From contig BCGN01000002.1 in the NCBI GenBank assembly GCA_001599295.1, forward strand, positions 1,612,001 through 1,676,000: a stretch of 64,000 nt of DNA, given 5' to 3'. The notes below the pieces were generated by a model. It was not told the DNA's origin. It saw only the letters and a program-made list of their open reading frames with translations, and did no database searches. This document shows, in pieces, positions 45,775 to 58,717 of this stretch. Position numbers and translations under genes: made by a program. The stretch's first letter is position 1, and each line of letters starts with the position of its first letter. Origin of the DNA: Sporopachydermia quercuum (taxonomy: Eukaryota).

Positions 45775-47732
45775 TTTTGAAACGGTTCTAAATCACTTGG
45801 AGTGCGGTATCACAACTATCTTTGCTATGGATGAACCTTAGNTTCAATTAAGCCAGTAAGAATGGTATCTTATTATTTGAACTGTTATGCTTAAAACAAT
45901 CCTTCAACTCAAGTTTTCACGATCGTTTAAGGACAAGCGCCAAATGATAGAACAACAACTTCTGTAAATAAAATATAAATTGTAGAAGAACAACTGTGGT
46001 GAGAAGAAATTATTCCAAAGCCCAATATTAAATATCTAACAGTTTTGATTGAGTTCTATTTATGGTTCCAACTTTTTGGAAGGTTTTGTTTAGCTTACTG
46101 TTCTTACAATGAGTTGTTGTATACGGATAAATGTAAGAAGTAAAACAGCAACGAATAGATTGACCGATTAATTCTCAAAACAACAAAAAGATGGTAGATG
46201 GAAATAAATTGAAATATATATATAAAATCAAACACTGGTTGGATGTCTAACTGTGCATAAAGCCTCATAATGAAGGATAATTAACGATCTAGCTAGCAAT
46301 GGTAATTTAGTTGAGTATACGTACAACTTGTCTAAAATGCTTCACAAAACTAGCTACTAATTGTTAAAGCTGAAATGTTGTGAACAATTAACGAGCTAAA
46401 GGATGCTGATAAATATATGTGTACAAGCCAAGAAAATATGCTGAGAAGTAATTAGAATTATGCACACATGAAGTACATGTTTAACTGTTCTTTCAATACA
46501 TGATGGCAATTTCCTTTCGCAGTAAGAGATAAATCGTGTTAAACTATTATATGATTTCTATTATATATGGCAATATATACTCATTAGACCCTAATTTGAA
46601 TGAACCATCAATATTATTTCCGGGAAATCTCGTACGAATGGAAAGTTATGAAACGTTTGATAATATTGAAAGGGTCTGTGATAGTGTTGAAACAACTTAA
46701 TTCTTCCCAACATATTAACAATTTCGGAAATAATGAAGAGATCATGAGGGTCCCTCAACTCATTGAGATTCAAAGGTCATTATAATCGGTATAATAACAG
46801 CTCATAAATGGTTCGGGTGCCATCGAATAATTGAGTCAAATTGATTATTTAAAGAAAGAAATATTGTTATAAATGAGATTTACTTATTTATTATCAGTTA
46901 TTGAATAACCTTATCAATTATATTATCTCATTATTTGGATATTATTGTCTTAAACTTCCTCAAGAGCTCTGAGAATATATTTAAGATAAGATAATCATTA
47001 ATTTACACTTTGTACGTAAACAATAGTAGACCCTCTGTTTCTCAACCCAACAAATCTCAAGCAAAAAATTACTATAATAATTCTTCTCATTGTTACCAAG
47101 GTTATACTCAACACTCTAATGAAACATACTAGACAAAAATTATGCGTGTCGCTTAGCTCATCATGAAGAACAATGTGTATGATAGGATCAGATGTCTTTT
47201 AATTTAGGAAAGTGACAAATTACAAAAATGATTTCATACCTTATACGATGAATGAAGTTAATTGTAAGGTTGAATCGTAAGACTTCACATTATCATGATG
47301 AACAAGATCAATTCCAGCGAAATTTACTGAAGATTCCCTTCAGAAATTGTTGTGTAATAAAAATATATAATATAGGCTCTTAGCAGATCNTTAATGATAT
47401 CATCATTATCGACTGCGGTCTCAAAAGTAAGATTGATGAACCTTGATGAGCCTTCATGAACCTGCAAAGCTGCCTATTTGGCTTTAATTCTCCAGAGCAC
47501 CAGAGATGAGACAGTAGGTGAGATTTTTGAGCCAACCAAATATCTATTTTTACTTATGGTTAAAAAGAAGTATACTTCGACTTCGAGCGGCATATCTTGA
47601 TATCAAATGTAAAGTTTTAGTTCTCTTNTCTAAGTTGAAATAGGCACCTCCAGTTGCTGGATGTGTCAAAAATACTGTCATTTATGTAGAGACATATATT
47701 TCAGAAGAAAACACCTGGACAATTAAAAAAAG

Positions 47733-47826
47733 TGCTTCGTGGGAGGATCGAACTCTCGACCTTCAGATCACACAGCTAAGTTTATACAGTATGAGACTGA
47801 CGCTCTACCGACTGAGCCAACGAAGC
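47733..47826 (-). tRNA. Elongator tRNA-Met(CAT) with a 21-nt intron (47769-47789)
   Basis: GCTTCGT/ACGAAGC acceptor stem (G1:C72), TGGCTCAGTCGG A box, GTTCGATCC B box, anticodon CAT at 47791-47793, intron after base 37, T7 terminator. Confidence 0.97.
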
Positions 47827-48114
47827 TTTTTTCAAAACCTGATTTTGTTGCCTATATAAAGAACATAAATTAATGTATATGAGATTGCAATTGTGGTTAT
47901 GTTTGAATCTGGTGTTCTACTACTTTATCTTCCTTAATTTCATTAATTAGACGCTAGTGGATCATGCATTCAAATGCAATTGACTTATAGGGTTGAGAAG
48001 GCATGACAGGCATGTGCAAAGGATTACTACTTGTCACAAACGATATAAGATTAACATATAGTGAACGTTGGTTCATCGAACGTATGTATAGTACAGGTAA
48101 CTGATTGTGTTTAT

Positions 48115-49362
48115 TTACAAGAGCTTTGCTGATTCCTCTTCAGGCAAAGAGTCAGAACTATAAGAACCACTGGGAAACATTGATGAAACTTTATCCGTAG
48201 ATCCAAGCTCATCAAAAGTGGGTGTTGATGGAGACGGCATCCTTGTCTGTACAAACTCGTTATTGTCAAGAGAAGATACTTTGACTACGTTCATAGTCCC
48301 AGATTCGATTCCTTGACCATCTTTCCGAACTTCATTTCTCTCCCGATGATGCCCATCATCTTTATCAGATTCGTTTACTACTCTGGGACCGGGATTTGCT
48401 CCCGGCTCTGAGCCTGAATCCGAGTCTGAGTCTGAGTCTGAGTCTGAGTCTGGCTTTGAGCTTGAACTTGAATCTGAACTAGAAGCAGAATCTTCATCTA
48501 AATCAGACTTACTAGTCGAATTGCTCTTTTTTGGTTCAACATCTTCGACAGTGAACCCATTGACTGTGACAGTCTTCAGGATATCGCTCTGTTTACAACT
48601 CGCTGTATTTATTTTAATAGAATTAGCCCATATGATACTTTCACGACTTTCCAGTTTCACCATATAAAATGTAGGAAACTCGATTACCACCTGGTCTTTT
48701 AAAACCTCTCCTAGTATTCGACTAGACGGTGAACTGGTATTCTGTTCTGAATCCCATACTTTGAGTACTCTGAGATTTTTCGAATCTGCTAGTAAAAATA
48801 TTAACCAATTATTGTCTTCTTCCGTATCTCCTTCTCCAGTAGTCAGCTCCATCTTCTGTAATGCTTTTAACAAAAAATCTACTACCAACGATCGCTCACC
48901 AATTCGATGGAANAGCAGCTTTCCTAACACATTACTACCTGGGTCTACTGCAATTACTTCAATAGTCCATTCGTACTCCCCACTGGACTTATTCCAGTCA
49001 CTCCTATTCTCTATAGACCTCTGTAAACCGGACGGAGCTAACTTCACTTTCACACCCCTTCTATATTCATCTGATGTTGAGAGTCGCTTACGACTATTTC
49101 GGCCATTGAACTTCTTAAAAACGGGTTCCTCCTTTTTCAAGTGGATCGCCCTATCAAGTTGTTGCAAAAACCTATAGTCTCTATTCAATACATTCGGATT
49201 CTCAACTATTTCACCTGCAGGAACATATTTTGTTGGATCAATCAAGCCTTTACAGGAGTACTTTAGTTTATGGTTCTTTGAACATCGAAGAGAACATGTT
49301 TGCCTTTCGCATGCGGGACACTTGTACTTCGATTCACTGAGGTGACATATCTCACATAACAT
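48115..49362 (-). CDS. BCD1: Box C/D snoRNP assembly factor Bcd1 (zf-HIT)
   Basis: CEIC...KYKCPAC...TCSLRCSKNHK zf-HIT domain, RDYRFL and VIEFPT motifs; syntenic with VMA10-MSC7-RRF1. Confidence 0.92.
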   Translation of the reverse strand: MLCEICHLSESKYKCPACERQTCSLRCSKNHKLKYSCKGLIDPTKYVPAGEIVENPNVLNRDYRFLQQLDRAIHLKKEEPVFKKFNGRNSRKRLSTSDEYRRGVKVKLAPSGLQRSIENRSDWNKSSGEYEWTIEVIAVDPGSNVLGKLXFHRIGERSLVVDFLLKALQKMELTTGEGDTEEDNNWLIFLLADSKNLRVLKVWDSEQNTSSPSSRILGEVLKDQVVIEFPTFYMVKLESRESIIWANSIKINTASCKQSDILKTVTVNGFTVEDVEPKKSNSTSKSDLDEDSASSSDSSSSSKPDSDSDSDSDSDSGSEPGANPGPRVVNESDKDDGHHRERNEVRKDGQGIESGTMNVVKVSSLDNNEFVQTRMPSPSTPTFDELGSTDKVSSMFPSGSYSSDSLPEEESAKLL

Positions 49363-49822
49363 CTTCTATTTATATTACAAAAATGCAATTGCAGCCGTTT
49401 CTAGTTGTANAATGGAACCATATGCATGAAACTCTCTGAGCAATATTTTAATCAGTTATTTGGCCTTCAGTTTATTTCCATGTGTGCTTTTTCATTCATA
49501 CTATGCGAGGAAGGTATTTTCACTTCTGAGAAGAGACCTAATGTTGGATTTATCTGCACTGTCCCATCTGGAATCATAATGAGTCTTTATGTAGGCAAGG
49601 GTGTATTGTATATACTTGGTAACTTAGAGCCAGCTGCAGCCAACATCACAATTGGCATCTTATCATTCATGATATAAGTTTTATCAATTGATTTAAATTA
49701 GAACATACCACAACTAGTTAACTTATTACTGTAGGTCAGCTTTTCATTTGAATCAAGCTTTAGTGAGATACTACAAAAGTAGACAAACTAGAACTGTGTA
49801 GGAAATAAAGAACGAAAGCAAA

Positions 49823-50413
49823 ATGGTATGTTCTTGACATGGGTGATGAATCGACGAGATAAAAGATACGTTGACTTTGNCGAAACTAATACTAACCGGA
49901 TGATTAAAGTCTTCTAACAATGGGATTCAAATGCTTCTCGATGTATGTTGATACTCTTTGTGAATTGATTAAGTGATTCTTGGTACGGTTGCAGGGCAAC
50001 TCAGATTTTCTAACATCTCTACTCAGGCCGAAAGGAAGGCACTAGAGATTGTTGCGGAAGCAAGAGCTTGTAAGTAGACTTTGCTGTGATAAACAATATA
50101 TATATGTGGTATATGTTGTGAATAACAGTTCACTAACAGAATAGATCGTGCACAAAAGTTGAAGGCCTCAAAGGCTGATGCCGCTAAGGAAATCGAGACA
50201 TACAAAGCAAAGAAGGATGAAGAACTTAAAAAATATGAAGCAAAGCATAGTGGTTCTAATGTGGAATTAGAGAAAAATGCAGAAGAAACAATCAAGAAAA
50301 GCGTTGAGGAAACTAAGAAGCTTGCAGTTACTCATAAAAATGAAGTCGTCAAGATGTTATTAGATGCTGTGATCAAACCTGAACCAGCTCTTCATACAAA
50401 TGCTTCTTTCTAA
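49823..50413 (+). CDS. VMA10: V-ATPase V1 subunit G; exons 49823-49825, 49910-49942, 50027-50069, 50145-50413
   Basis: Spliced 115-aa product MSSNNGIQMLLDAERKALEIVAEARAYRAQKLKASKADAAKEIETYK...; three introns with consistent phases; first exon is ATG only. Confidence 0.95.
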
Positions 50414-51273
50414 GTACGAAGGTTCTTCATCTTATGAGAGAACTAGTGTGACGGATCAAACATTCTATAATATATCAAACAATTTTCATGTATTCTAGAT
50501 AATATTATGGCCAAAATGTAAATGTCAGTCTCTTTACTCATTATATATATATAATAAGCATGGTGAAACAGGTTACCGATATCCCTCCCTATCAAATAAA
50601 TCCCAATGGCTACTCGGTTGGGCTTNTTACATAGGTTATTTTTATAAGACTATTTGCGGTACTTCTGGAGCTCCCGAACAGTTTAATAACATCTATCCAT
50701 CAGTTTTCATCTCGAATGCCAAACCTGTTCTCTACACTGGTTGTAGTGCCTATTAATTTGTAATACCCGATTACACGATCATACATTTTTATGATTACAT
50801 AACAAACAATTTGTNCTCATTGTCGATGACATAATCCATCTCCATCTTCCTCTTCGAAATTTCGTGTCAGGTTTGCATATTTCTTTCAGTCATCCTTATT
50901 ATTGCACGTTCCATTGTTTGAGCTTTTAACAGTAGCAAATCAAGATTTATACTATTAACTGTTTCTTCAATAATCACTTGAGAGTTTCGAGTACCTTGAT
51001 TGTTTTACTGCCTTGAATTACAAGAGATAAGAACCCTACCGTTGACAGTTTGCCAACACTAAAGTCATACTTTGTATGTGGCTTTGAGAGTACAACATTA
51101 GATAGGTCTCGTTGCCTGGGCTGGTTGGATTGCACAAGTAATTGAAGCAATTGGAAGATAGCATAATCATTTGAACTTTTCATCAATTTCATTGTTTGAT
51201 ATTGACAATTTTTGTATAATCGGCGAAGATCCAAGCCAATACTACTTAAGAGCAAACACTTCGCAACTTTTCA

Positions 51274-53163
51274 ATGGATTTCAATAGTAGTGTGAATGAA
51301 ACCATTGCTTCTGCTGCAGCGCGTATTTCATCAAGATTTAACAACTTCGTTATGATGATAAATTCGATGGAGATACTTGGTACGCAAGCAGTTCAAATTT
51401 CTCTATCATTTTTTGTTACAATATGTATCCCAACATTTTATTTTCTCTTTACAAGATATTTCAGATCTTTGTCCAGCATTGATAGAGTTCCTAGTTTTCA
51501 ACTCGAGCCCGTTGTAGAAGCATTACCACATTGGAAAGGCAAAAGGCTTGATCCTATTAGTCTCCGTTCCCCAGAAGACNCAACTAAAATTCAATGCTAT
51601 TGTCCTGCAACTGGCCAATATTTAGGATCTGTCAAGGCATCAAGTAAGGATGACATAGACACATCAATCCGCTTATCAGCTAAAGCTCAGAAAGAATGGC
51701 GAAACACTTCATTCAAACAGAGACAACAAGTTTTGAAATCTTTACAAAAGTTCATTTTAGACAACCAGGACATGATTGCCCGTGTTGCTTGTCGTGATTC
51801 AGGAAAAACAATGGTCGATGCTTCAATGGGCGAAATTTTAGTTACTTTAGAGAAGATTGGATGGATTTTGAAACATGGTGAGAAGACGTTGAGACCATCC
51901 GGAAGGCCAGGCCCATCAAATTTATTGCTCAGGTACAAGAAGGCTGAAGTAAGNTATGAGCCAATGGGCGTAGTGTCAGCTCTTATCTCATGGAACTATC
52001 CTTTTCATAATTTAATGGGACCTTTAATTGCTAGTATATTTACTGGTAATGGTATTGTTATCAAATGCTCAGAGAATGTTATTTGGAGCTCATTGTTCTT
52101 CATACAAATTGCGAAAGGCGCCTTGAAAGCTTGTGGCCATGACCCAAATCTTGTTCAACTTGTTACTTGTTGGCCAGAAGATGCTGATTACTTCTCTTCT
52201 CACCCAGAAATCTCACATATTACGTTTATTGGATCCCAAGCAGTGGCTCATAAGGTTACCGCAGCTGCTTCAAAATCTNTGACACCAGTAGTTGTCGAGC
52301 TTGGTGGAAAAGACGCATTTATTGTTCTTGATGATGTATCTGATATTGAAGCTATAAGTTCGATAGTCATGAGAGGTTCATTTCAATCATCAGGCCAAAA
52401 TTGTATTGGGATCGAAAGAGTTATTTGTTTACCAAAATCATATGAGAAAATGGTTAATATTCTTCAAAAGCGAGTACCAACTCTTCGGTTAGGATCTGGA
52501 ATTGATCAACAAGATGCTGTTGATATGGGTGCTTGTATAACAGATGCACGATTTGAAAGTCTCGAACTACTGATACAAGATGCTGTGAATCAAGGAGCAA
52601 GACTACTAAGCGGAGGTAAACGGTATACACATCCTAAGTATCCACAAGGGCATTACTTTTTACCCACTTTAATAGTCGATGTTACCAAGGATATGAAGTT
52701 AGCACAACAAGAGGTTTTTGGACCAGTGCTGACTGTTATGAAAGCAGAAGATATAAATGATGCGATTGAGATTGCCAATTCGACTGATTATGGTCTTGGT
52801 GGTTCCGTATTTGGATCAAGCTGGAAAGATCTTAATACCGTGACTAATGGACTTCGTACAGGAAACGTTTCCATTAATGATTTTGCCACGTATTATCTGT
52901 GTCAATTACCTTTTGGTGGTGTAAGAGGTTCAGGATATGGTAAATTTGGAGGAGAAGAAGGATTATTAGGATTATGTTATAGTAAAAGTGTTTGTTACGA
53001 TAAGCTACCTTTTATTTCTACCCAAATTCCTAAACCAATTGATTACCCTATAATTGATATGAAAAGAGCTTGGATATTCGTCAAAAGTTTATGTGCTGCG
53101 GGTTATGACCCAAGTATGTGGAACAGAGTAAAGGCCATTGTCAAACTAGCCAAAAATGCTTAG
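51274..53163 (+). CDS. MSC7: Aldehyde dehydrogenase-like protein Msc7
   Basis: N-terminal transmembrane segment; WNYPFHN, ELGGKD, GQNCIG and EVFGP ALDH motifs; conserved position next to VMA10. Confidence 0.95.
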   Translation: MDFNSSVNETIASAAARISSRFNNFVMMINSMEILGTQAVQISLSFFVTICIPTFYFLFTRYFRSLSSIDRVPSFQLEPVVEALPHWKGKRLDPISLRSPEDXTKIQCYCPATGQYLGSVKASSKDDIDTSIRLSAKAQKEWRNTSFKQRQQVLKSLQKFILDNQDMIARVACRDSGKTMVDASMGEILVTLEKIGWILKHGEKTLRPSGRPGPSNLLLRYKKAEVXYEPMGVVSALISWNYPFHNLMGPLIASIFTGNGIVIKCSENVIWSSLFFIQIAKGALKACGHDPNLVQLVTCWPEDADYFSSHPEISHITFIGSQAVAHKVTAAASKSXTPVVVELGGKDAFIVLDDVSDIEAISSIVMRGSFQSSGQNCIGIERVICLPKSYEKMVNILQKRVPTLRLGSGIDQQDAVDMGACITDARFESLELLIQDAVNQGARLLSGGKRYTHPKYPQGHYFLPTLIVDVTKDMKLAQQEVFGPVLTVMKAEDINDAIEIANSTDYGLGGSVFGSSWKDLNTVTNGLRTGNVSINDFATYYLCQLPFGGVRGSGYGKFGGEEGLLGLCYSKSVCYDKLPFISTQIPKPIDYPIIDMKRAWIFVKSLCAAGYDPSMWNRVKAIVKLAKNA

Positions 53164-53631
53164 AAACCTTTGATGGTGATTCTTATTTCTTAGAAAATCA
53201 GAAGACGACTAGAGAGAAGGATAGCATTATGATCAATTTTAGGGCACGAATATTAATTTTTGTTTACCGAGATATTTATATGGTATTATTTATTGTCTTA
53301 GTAGTTTTTCTTCAGCAACACTTGATAGTAATATTTATTTGGTTTCGGGGCTCTTCTTTTAGATTGAGCAAGTAACAAATGTACACATACGTTAATGAAT
53401 CTTATAATATATATAAATATAAACATGAAACTAGCATGTCCTTCTTCCTTTAGTGATATTGTATTCGATGTANTTTTCGAGTCAAATGAAAGTATTCAAA
53501 ATACTGTATATACAAGTTCATAATTTTCTCCAAACTTCTCTCTCTTTTACTACAAAACTACTCCATAAGTTACGGGAGACTCGTGGAAGTGTTTATCATG
53601 CGAAGCGAAAAGCATCCAATTGAAAACATGA

Positions 53632-54453
53632 CTAAACCAAAAGGTCTTTGAGAGCCTTCTTGAATACTTCTTCTAATTCAGTAGAATACTGCTTGTGCAG
53701 CTTCTCGATATCAGCAGCCATTTTTCTTTCATCGTCATTCATTTTCGCTGATTTTGGTAGCTTTTTCATAACCGTAGTTCGAACACTTGACAGTGAGTGT
53801 CTTGAAGGAGAATTCTTGAAATGTTCGAAATCAGTTTTGATTTCTTTGGCTATCTCTTTCTTAGCTTCAGAAGTTTGCTTAGGTAAAGAAATGTTCATGA
53901 TAACATCAGGTGCTGTTTTATCAGGTTGAGGATTATAATCCATGTTAAGGCCAATAATTGCAGACTTGACGTATTTGAAGTGTTTGGGATCGAAAACTGT
54001 AACAGTGACAACTTTGGTTCCTTTAGCAGCAACATGTGCTAATGATGTGAAAGGACATACTTCACCATGATCTAAAGTCACTTCAAGATTTTGAAATATC
54101 TTCAAATTGGCCTTACCTTGTTTCTTTTCTCGAATAGAATCTTTAAATTGATTTATTGTAGTTTGAAACTTGGATTCAAGATCCGAAAAGTCTATCTCAA
54201 CCACTGACACTTCTTCTGCTTGTTCTTCCGATTTGCCTTTCCCCTTCGCACTTTTCACTTTCTTCTTCTGAGCCAGCACGCAGGAATGAAAATAACTCAT
54301 TCTGCTAAAAGATAGCTCACTCTTGGGACTTGAGGGAACATTGGATTGAGTTCTTGTTAATGAATAGACACTTCGATTTGCTAACATTGGAACTCTAACC
54401 CGAAGTCTCCCCGTCAATGATCTTCTGGTGCTATTTCTTGCTGCGGTAATCAT
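53632..54453 (-). CDS. RRF1: Mitochondrial ribosome recycling factor
   Basis: Arg-rich presequence, RRF-like VTVTVFDP...YNPQ segment and helical C-terminus; synteny with MSC7. Confidence 0.85.
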   Translation of the reverse strand: MITAARNSTRRSLTGRLRVRVPMLANRSVYSLTRTQSNVPSSPKSELSFSRMSYFHSCVLAQKKKVKSAKGKGKSEEQAEEVSVVEIDFSDLESKFQTTINQFKDSIREKKQGKANLKIFQNLEVTLDHGEVCPFTSLAHVAAKGTKVVTVTVFDPKHFKYVKSAIIGLNMDYNPQPDKTAPDVIMNISLPKQTSEAKKEIAKEIKTDFEHFKNSPSRHSLSSVRTTVMKKLPKSAKMNDDERKMAADIEKLHKQYSTELEEVFKKALKDLLV

Positions 54454-55910
54454 TTTTCTTATTTACAGAATAAATCTGCTTATCTAACTTTCAGAATCCC
54501 CAATAATTTCAAATTGGTTGGTGCATATATTGCATACTCTGCTTGATAAAATAACCAGCATGAAAGACCCTGCATGATCATCATCGGAACCAATGGCTTA
54601 TTCAACGATTATGTGATCAAAAGGTGAAGAAATTTGGATGAGATCATGTGATCTAGTACAGAGCTTCGAGAAGCAACTACAGGAGTTCTGAGAACCGGAA
54701 GCAATTTAGATAGAACTAGAAAGTGTCGTAATAGGATATTTATGGATATTATTTAAAAGAACTATCACGACAACTCCTGTATAAATTTTGACAATTTTTA
54801 ACATTAATATTGATTGCTGTGTTATATTTATTAGCATTTCTAGTTTCTTTCATTTGACCCTATCCTCGCCGTGCTTCTCTTTACCAATGGTTCGTTTCAG
54901 CAGAGACACAGCGTAAAGTGCATACCATGCCTAAAGGGAAGAATTTTTCATAAGCGATTACTGTCGAATGGTGGACAATGGGCACAGTATATAATTTAGC
55001 TTTCTCGTCTTTCTCTTTCCTCTTCATTTCTTCTTCTTTCTTTAATGATATTTTCTAGTACTGTTGTGGTATATTACCCAAGTTAATTTAAACAAACAGT
55101 TTGTTGAATAAATATACAATATTGAACTTGTCAGTATTATAACCGATAAGAATAAATATGATCCAACCCCATAGTCAACTTAGCCATGAACTAGTTTTCA
55201 TCACAGGTTCTATCTTACCTACCATTTTATTCGTAATTGTTTAATAAATGGTTTTGATTATACGCGTTCAAGAGATATATGATGGGAAAAGTCATCAGAG
55301 TCCCGCAAATGGCATATTTGATTTGAAATTTGTTGTTAAATCATATCATATGTACATTATTATCTTTTCCTTACCTTCGTTCGTAGGATACTATTACCAG
55401 GACATTTTGCCTTCGCTGAAATTATATCATATGTTTTCAGGGATAACTGTTGACCTGGAAGATTAAAAAAAATGACTATTCAAGTAATTGAACATTCATT
55501 TTTTTGGTTTTCTCCACCTTGGTTGAAGTATTTCAGTATTCTTCCAGGACTAAATCACTAACCGATATTCACCATTTTGTAGGACTGTTATCAATAAGTA
55601 ATTGCAATATTTTTTAATATTTTTTAAGTAAGCTTAAACAAGTACAATAAGAATAAACTAAAAACATAGAATGGTCTTTATTATTGTGATTGTACAACTA
55701 AATATAAACTTTTAACAATTAAAACGTATTATTACACTAAAATCATCTATCAGTAATATTATCAATGCAGATGTATGAATATTAGCATGGTTGATCAAAG
55801 AACACTTTAATCGAATTAAGAGATAGTAAACAAACTGATGAACTGATTTAAATAAACATGAATAAACAATTATGCGACGGGAAGAAAACTTCAACATAGT
55901 CTCAAAATAA

Positions 55911-56998
55911 TTATCTTGTACCAAGAGGGATACCGACTGCCAATGCAATGATGATGATAATGATGATAACAATGAGTAAACACCAAAGCTTCTTCTTTCT
56001 GGCCTTCCTAGCGCTCACTACAGCTTTCGCAGCTTCACCAGTGCCTTGCTCAATATCATGTTGAGCATTTTGAACGTTAGCTTCAATTTGTTGGACACCT
56101 TCTTGTTGCTCGGCCACTAAGTTTTGCATATCTTCAAACAAAGCTAAGAGTTCAGCCATTTGTTTGGTTAGCTTCTGGACTTCCGCATGTCTAGCTTGAA
56201 CATTAACCAGGGCGTTTCGGGCATCACCTCTTCTGCTGGAATTGAGTAATGCTTGAGAGAACACTTGAGTACCGGCAGAATCTTCCAAGGCAGCTTCAAT
56301 CTCATCTTCAGAAGCTTCGGGACGAATAATTTGATATTGCTTGACGGCAACATCCTTACTATCTTCTTTGTATCTTGCTTCTGTAGATCGGTATTCCTGA
56401 ATTAAATCCATAAATTGTTTCTTAACACTCTCAGCTTGTTGTACTTTTGCCTCATCACTTCCGGCAGCATTTAAACATTGTTGAATAGCATTCTTAATGG
56501 ATCTTGATTTGGCGTTCTGATCTGCTGTCAACTCATCTAATGACTTTGTCAGCATATCNATTTGGTCTACAGANACTTCATTCAACAATCTTTGTTGTAT
56601 CCTGTTGATAGCACCGATGTTCTGCTGATATGATTCCAATTCACCTTCAATAGATCTAATTTGTTTCATATAAACNCCGAAATCGTCGGCATTGTTCAGT
56701 TCGTAACTTTCATTATAAGGATTTTGCTGTTGGTAACTAGTTTTCGCTTGTTAGTATATTCCTTTCATACATCAAAAGTCCTTACGTAGTCTAATGAAAG
56801 CTAAATGCCACCAAGTACAAAGATTCTATTGAATCGCAATTCAGTTCACATACTTGAATCCACCGTAGGGCTATATTCGTGTAAAAATAAATGTTAGTAA
56901 ATGATTATAATAAAATTTTCCACCACAATCTTCTACAAATAGTCTGTGACAGCCCCTGGCTTGTTTATACATACATTTTGTTGTTGTTGATAAGCCAT
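55911..56998 (-). CDS. SSO2: Plasma-membrane syntaxin Sso1/Sso2; exons 56975-56998, 56854-56870, 55911-56736
   Basis: Habc domain, Qa-SNARE motif and C-terminal transmembrane helix. Two GTATGT/TACTAAC/TAG introns give N-terminus MAYQQQQNPYGGFNYQQQNPYNESYEL; 288 aa. Confidence 0.92.
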
Positions 56999-58717
56999 GA
57001 TGTTGATTCCAATTTACAAACAAATCTCCTGAGCAAAGTCGTTTCGCGAAAAGATTGAGAAGCAACCGTTTAGTTTTCGAGCAATCAAATAATAGTGATG
57101 TTAGTAGCTTAATTCTTTTTTGCAACTACTTTCCAAACAATGTTCTCATCAGCAAAATAGTATAACTTAACATCATTATGATTTACGTTTTTTCTTGTCC
57201 TCCTGTGTTTATAGGAGTGGTATTTTTATATCGAGAAGAGAAATTCTGTGTTGGACCGAGAAAACACCAAGTTTGGAAGTCATGTACTGAATCAAGTCAA
57301 TAAGTACAGTTTTTATTACTTAATTTAGTTACTGGATAAAAGAATCTAATAGTGGTGAATTTGTGTGGGTTAGAGATAATACGTGTAACAAACTATAATG
57401 AGATTATTTGAAAACAAAATATTGAATTCATTATTGAGCATATTTGTCCAGTAGAAAGATCTTGGTTGTTATTCAAATAAGATGNCATCCATTTGTACTA
57501 TCTTTAGCTCAGATATCAAAATTCAAACTTGAACTCTAGTAGAGTCATGTTAATTAATGAGGCACAGCAAAAGCTTTACGTATAATTCACTACTTTCAAA
57601 CAGCCTCACNCCAAGGCCAAAGAGTATCGTTCGCTAAGTTATGATAGCCAAGTAAAAAAAAATGCTTGATAGAAATTTAATTTTCGAAAAATTTATAACC
57701 AAACTGTAACTGGAAGGGTTGAACTAAGGAATTGGATTGTATAAAGTTCAGGGTCCAAGTTCGGGGGTTGGAAGAGAGCCCTAAGCTCTAAGAATCTCAA
57801 ATGACCCAGGAGCTCTTTTTTGCATATTTGACATATTAGTTCTAATCTTATCCCCGAATTATACAGTATCTATATAGAATTATTCGCCGCACTTATCACT
57901 TATTACAGAGAGCTTAATCAGCATATCGAACATTATATTTGATTAAGAGAGAATAGACAATGAACAAACACGATAATCACATCTGAAGATCTATTAAAGG
58001 TTGGTTCAAGAGAACAATTTCTCTAGTTAAGCTCAACTCCTTTATATTCTCTGACTATTATACCGCTTATGTGGCCAGCTCGATATAGCATAGCAGTTCA
58101 CATTTTGTTTGTAGGTAGATTTTCCCGTAAAACATGTTAACTACTCCAATGTTCACAAACCAAGAGGGTACAATGCAATGGAACTTCGTTCCTGTAGTTC
58201 ATTTAGAAGGTATCTTGATCCCGATTCTATTTTCAATGATCTCCTTAATTAGAGATTGTCTAGTATATATCAGCTGCCAAACATTACGAGAACGGTACAC
58301 TATTACGGACTATCTCTATCAAAATACCTATGGTCACAGCTTGGTTCTCATTTGAAATAATTCACGTGATAGATCACATCCAGGCTTGGTTCTCGTAAAT
58401 AGACAAAACCAACAATTGGTTGTTTACTGTTTGATTTACCATTACATTGTATTTATAGAATAGCCAAGAACAATTGGGAATCAATTGAATTTAATGTTCA
58501 CAAACCTCATCTAAATTTTTCTTGATTAATACTCAGCTCATCGGTCTAGTCGTCAGTAATAAAGGAAAAAGCCGGAGATCGTCTCATACACATTATTGCA
58601 CCAGTTTGCAGTACAGAGCATACTTCATAAGAATTGGTTACGGCAACTGTGAGCTGAATATTGTTAGTTTCGTAAANATAATTATTATCCGCGTTTCATT
58701 GGATACAATCAGTCGGG

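Noticed and set aside
47433..47462. Three 10-bp units TTGATGAACC/TTGATGAGCC/TTCATGAACC containing C-box-like TGATGA
   Set aside because: No matching D box or rRNA guide; a simple short tandem duplication, and not CRISPR-like.
57713..57860. G-rich segment with short stems and a T6 run considered as a Pol III or telomerase RNA
   Set aside because: Stems are only 5-7 bp and mutually exclusive; no A/B boxes or recognisable template.
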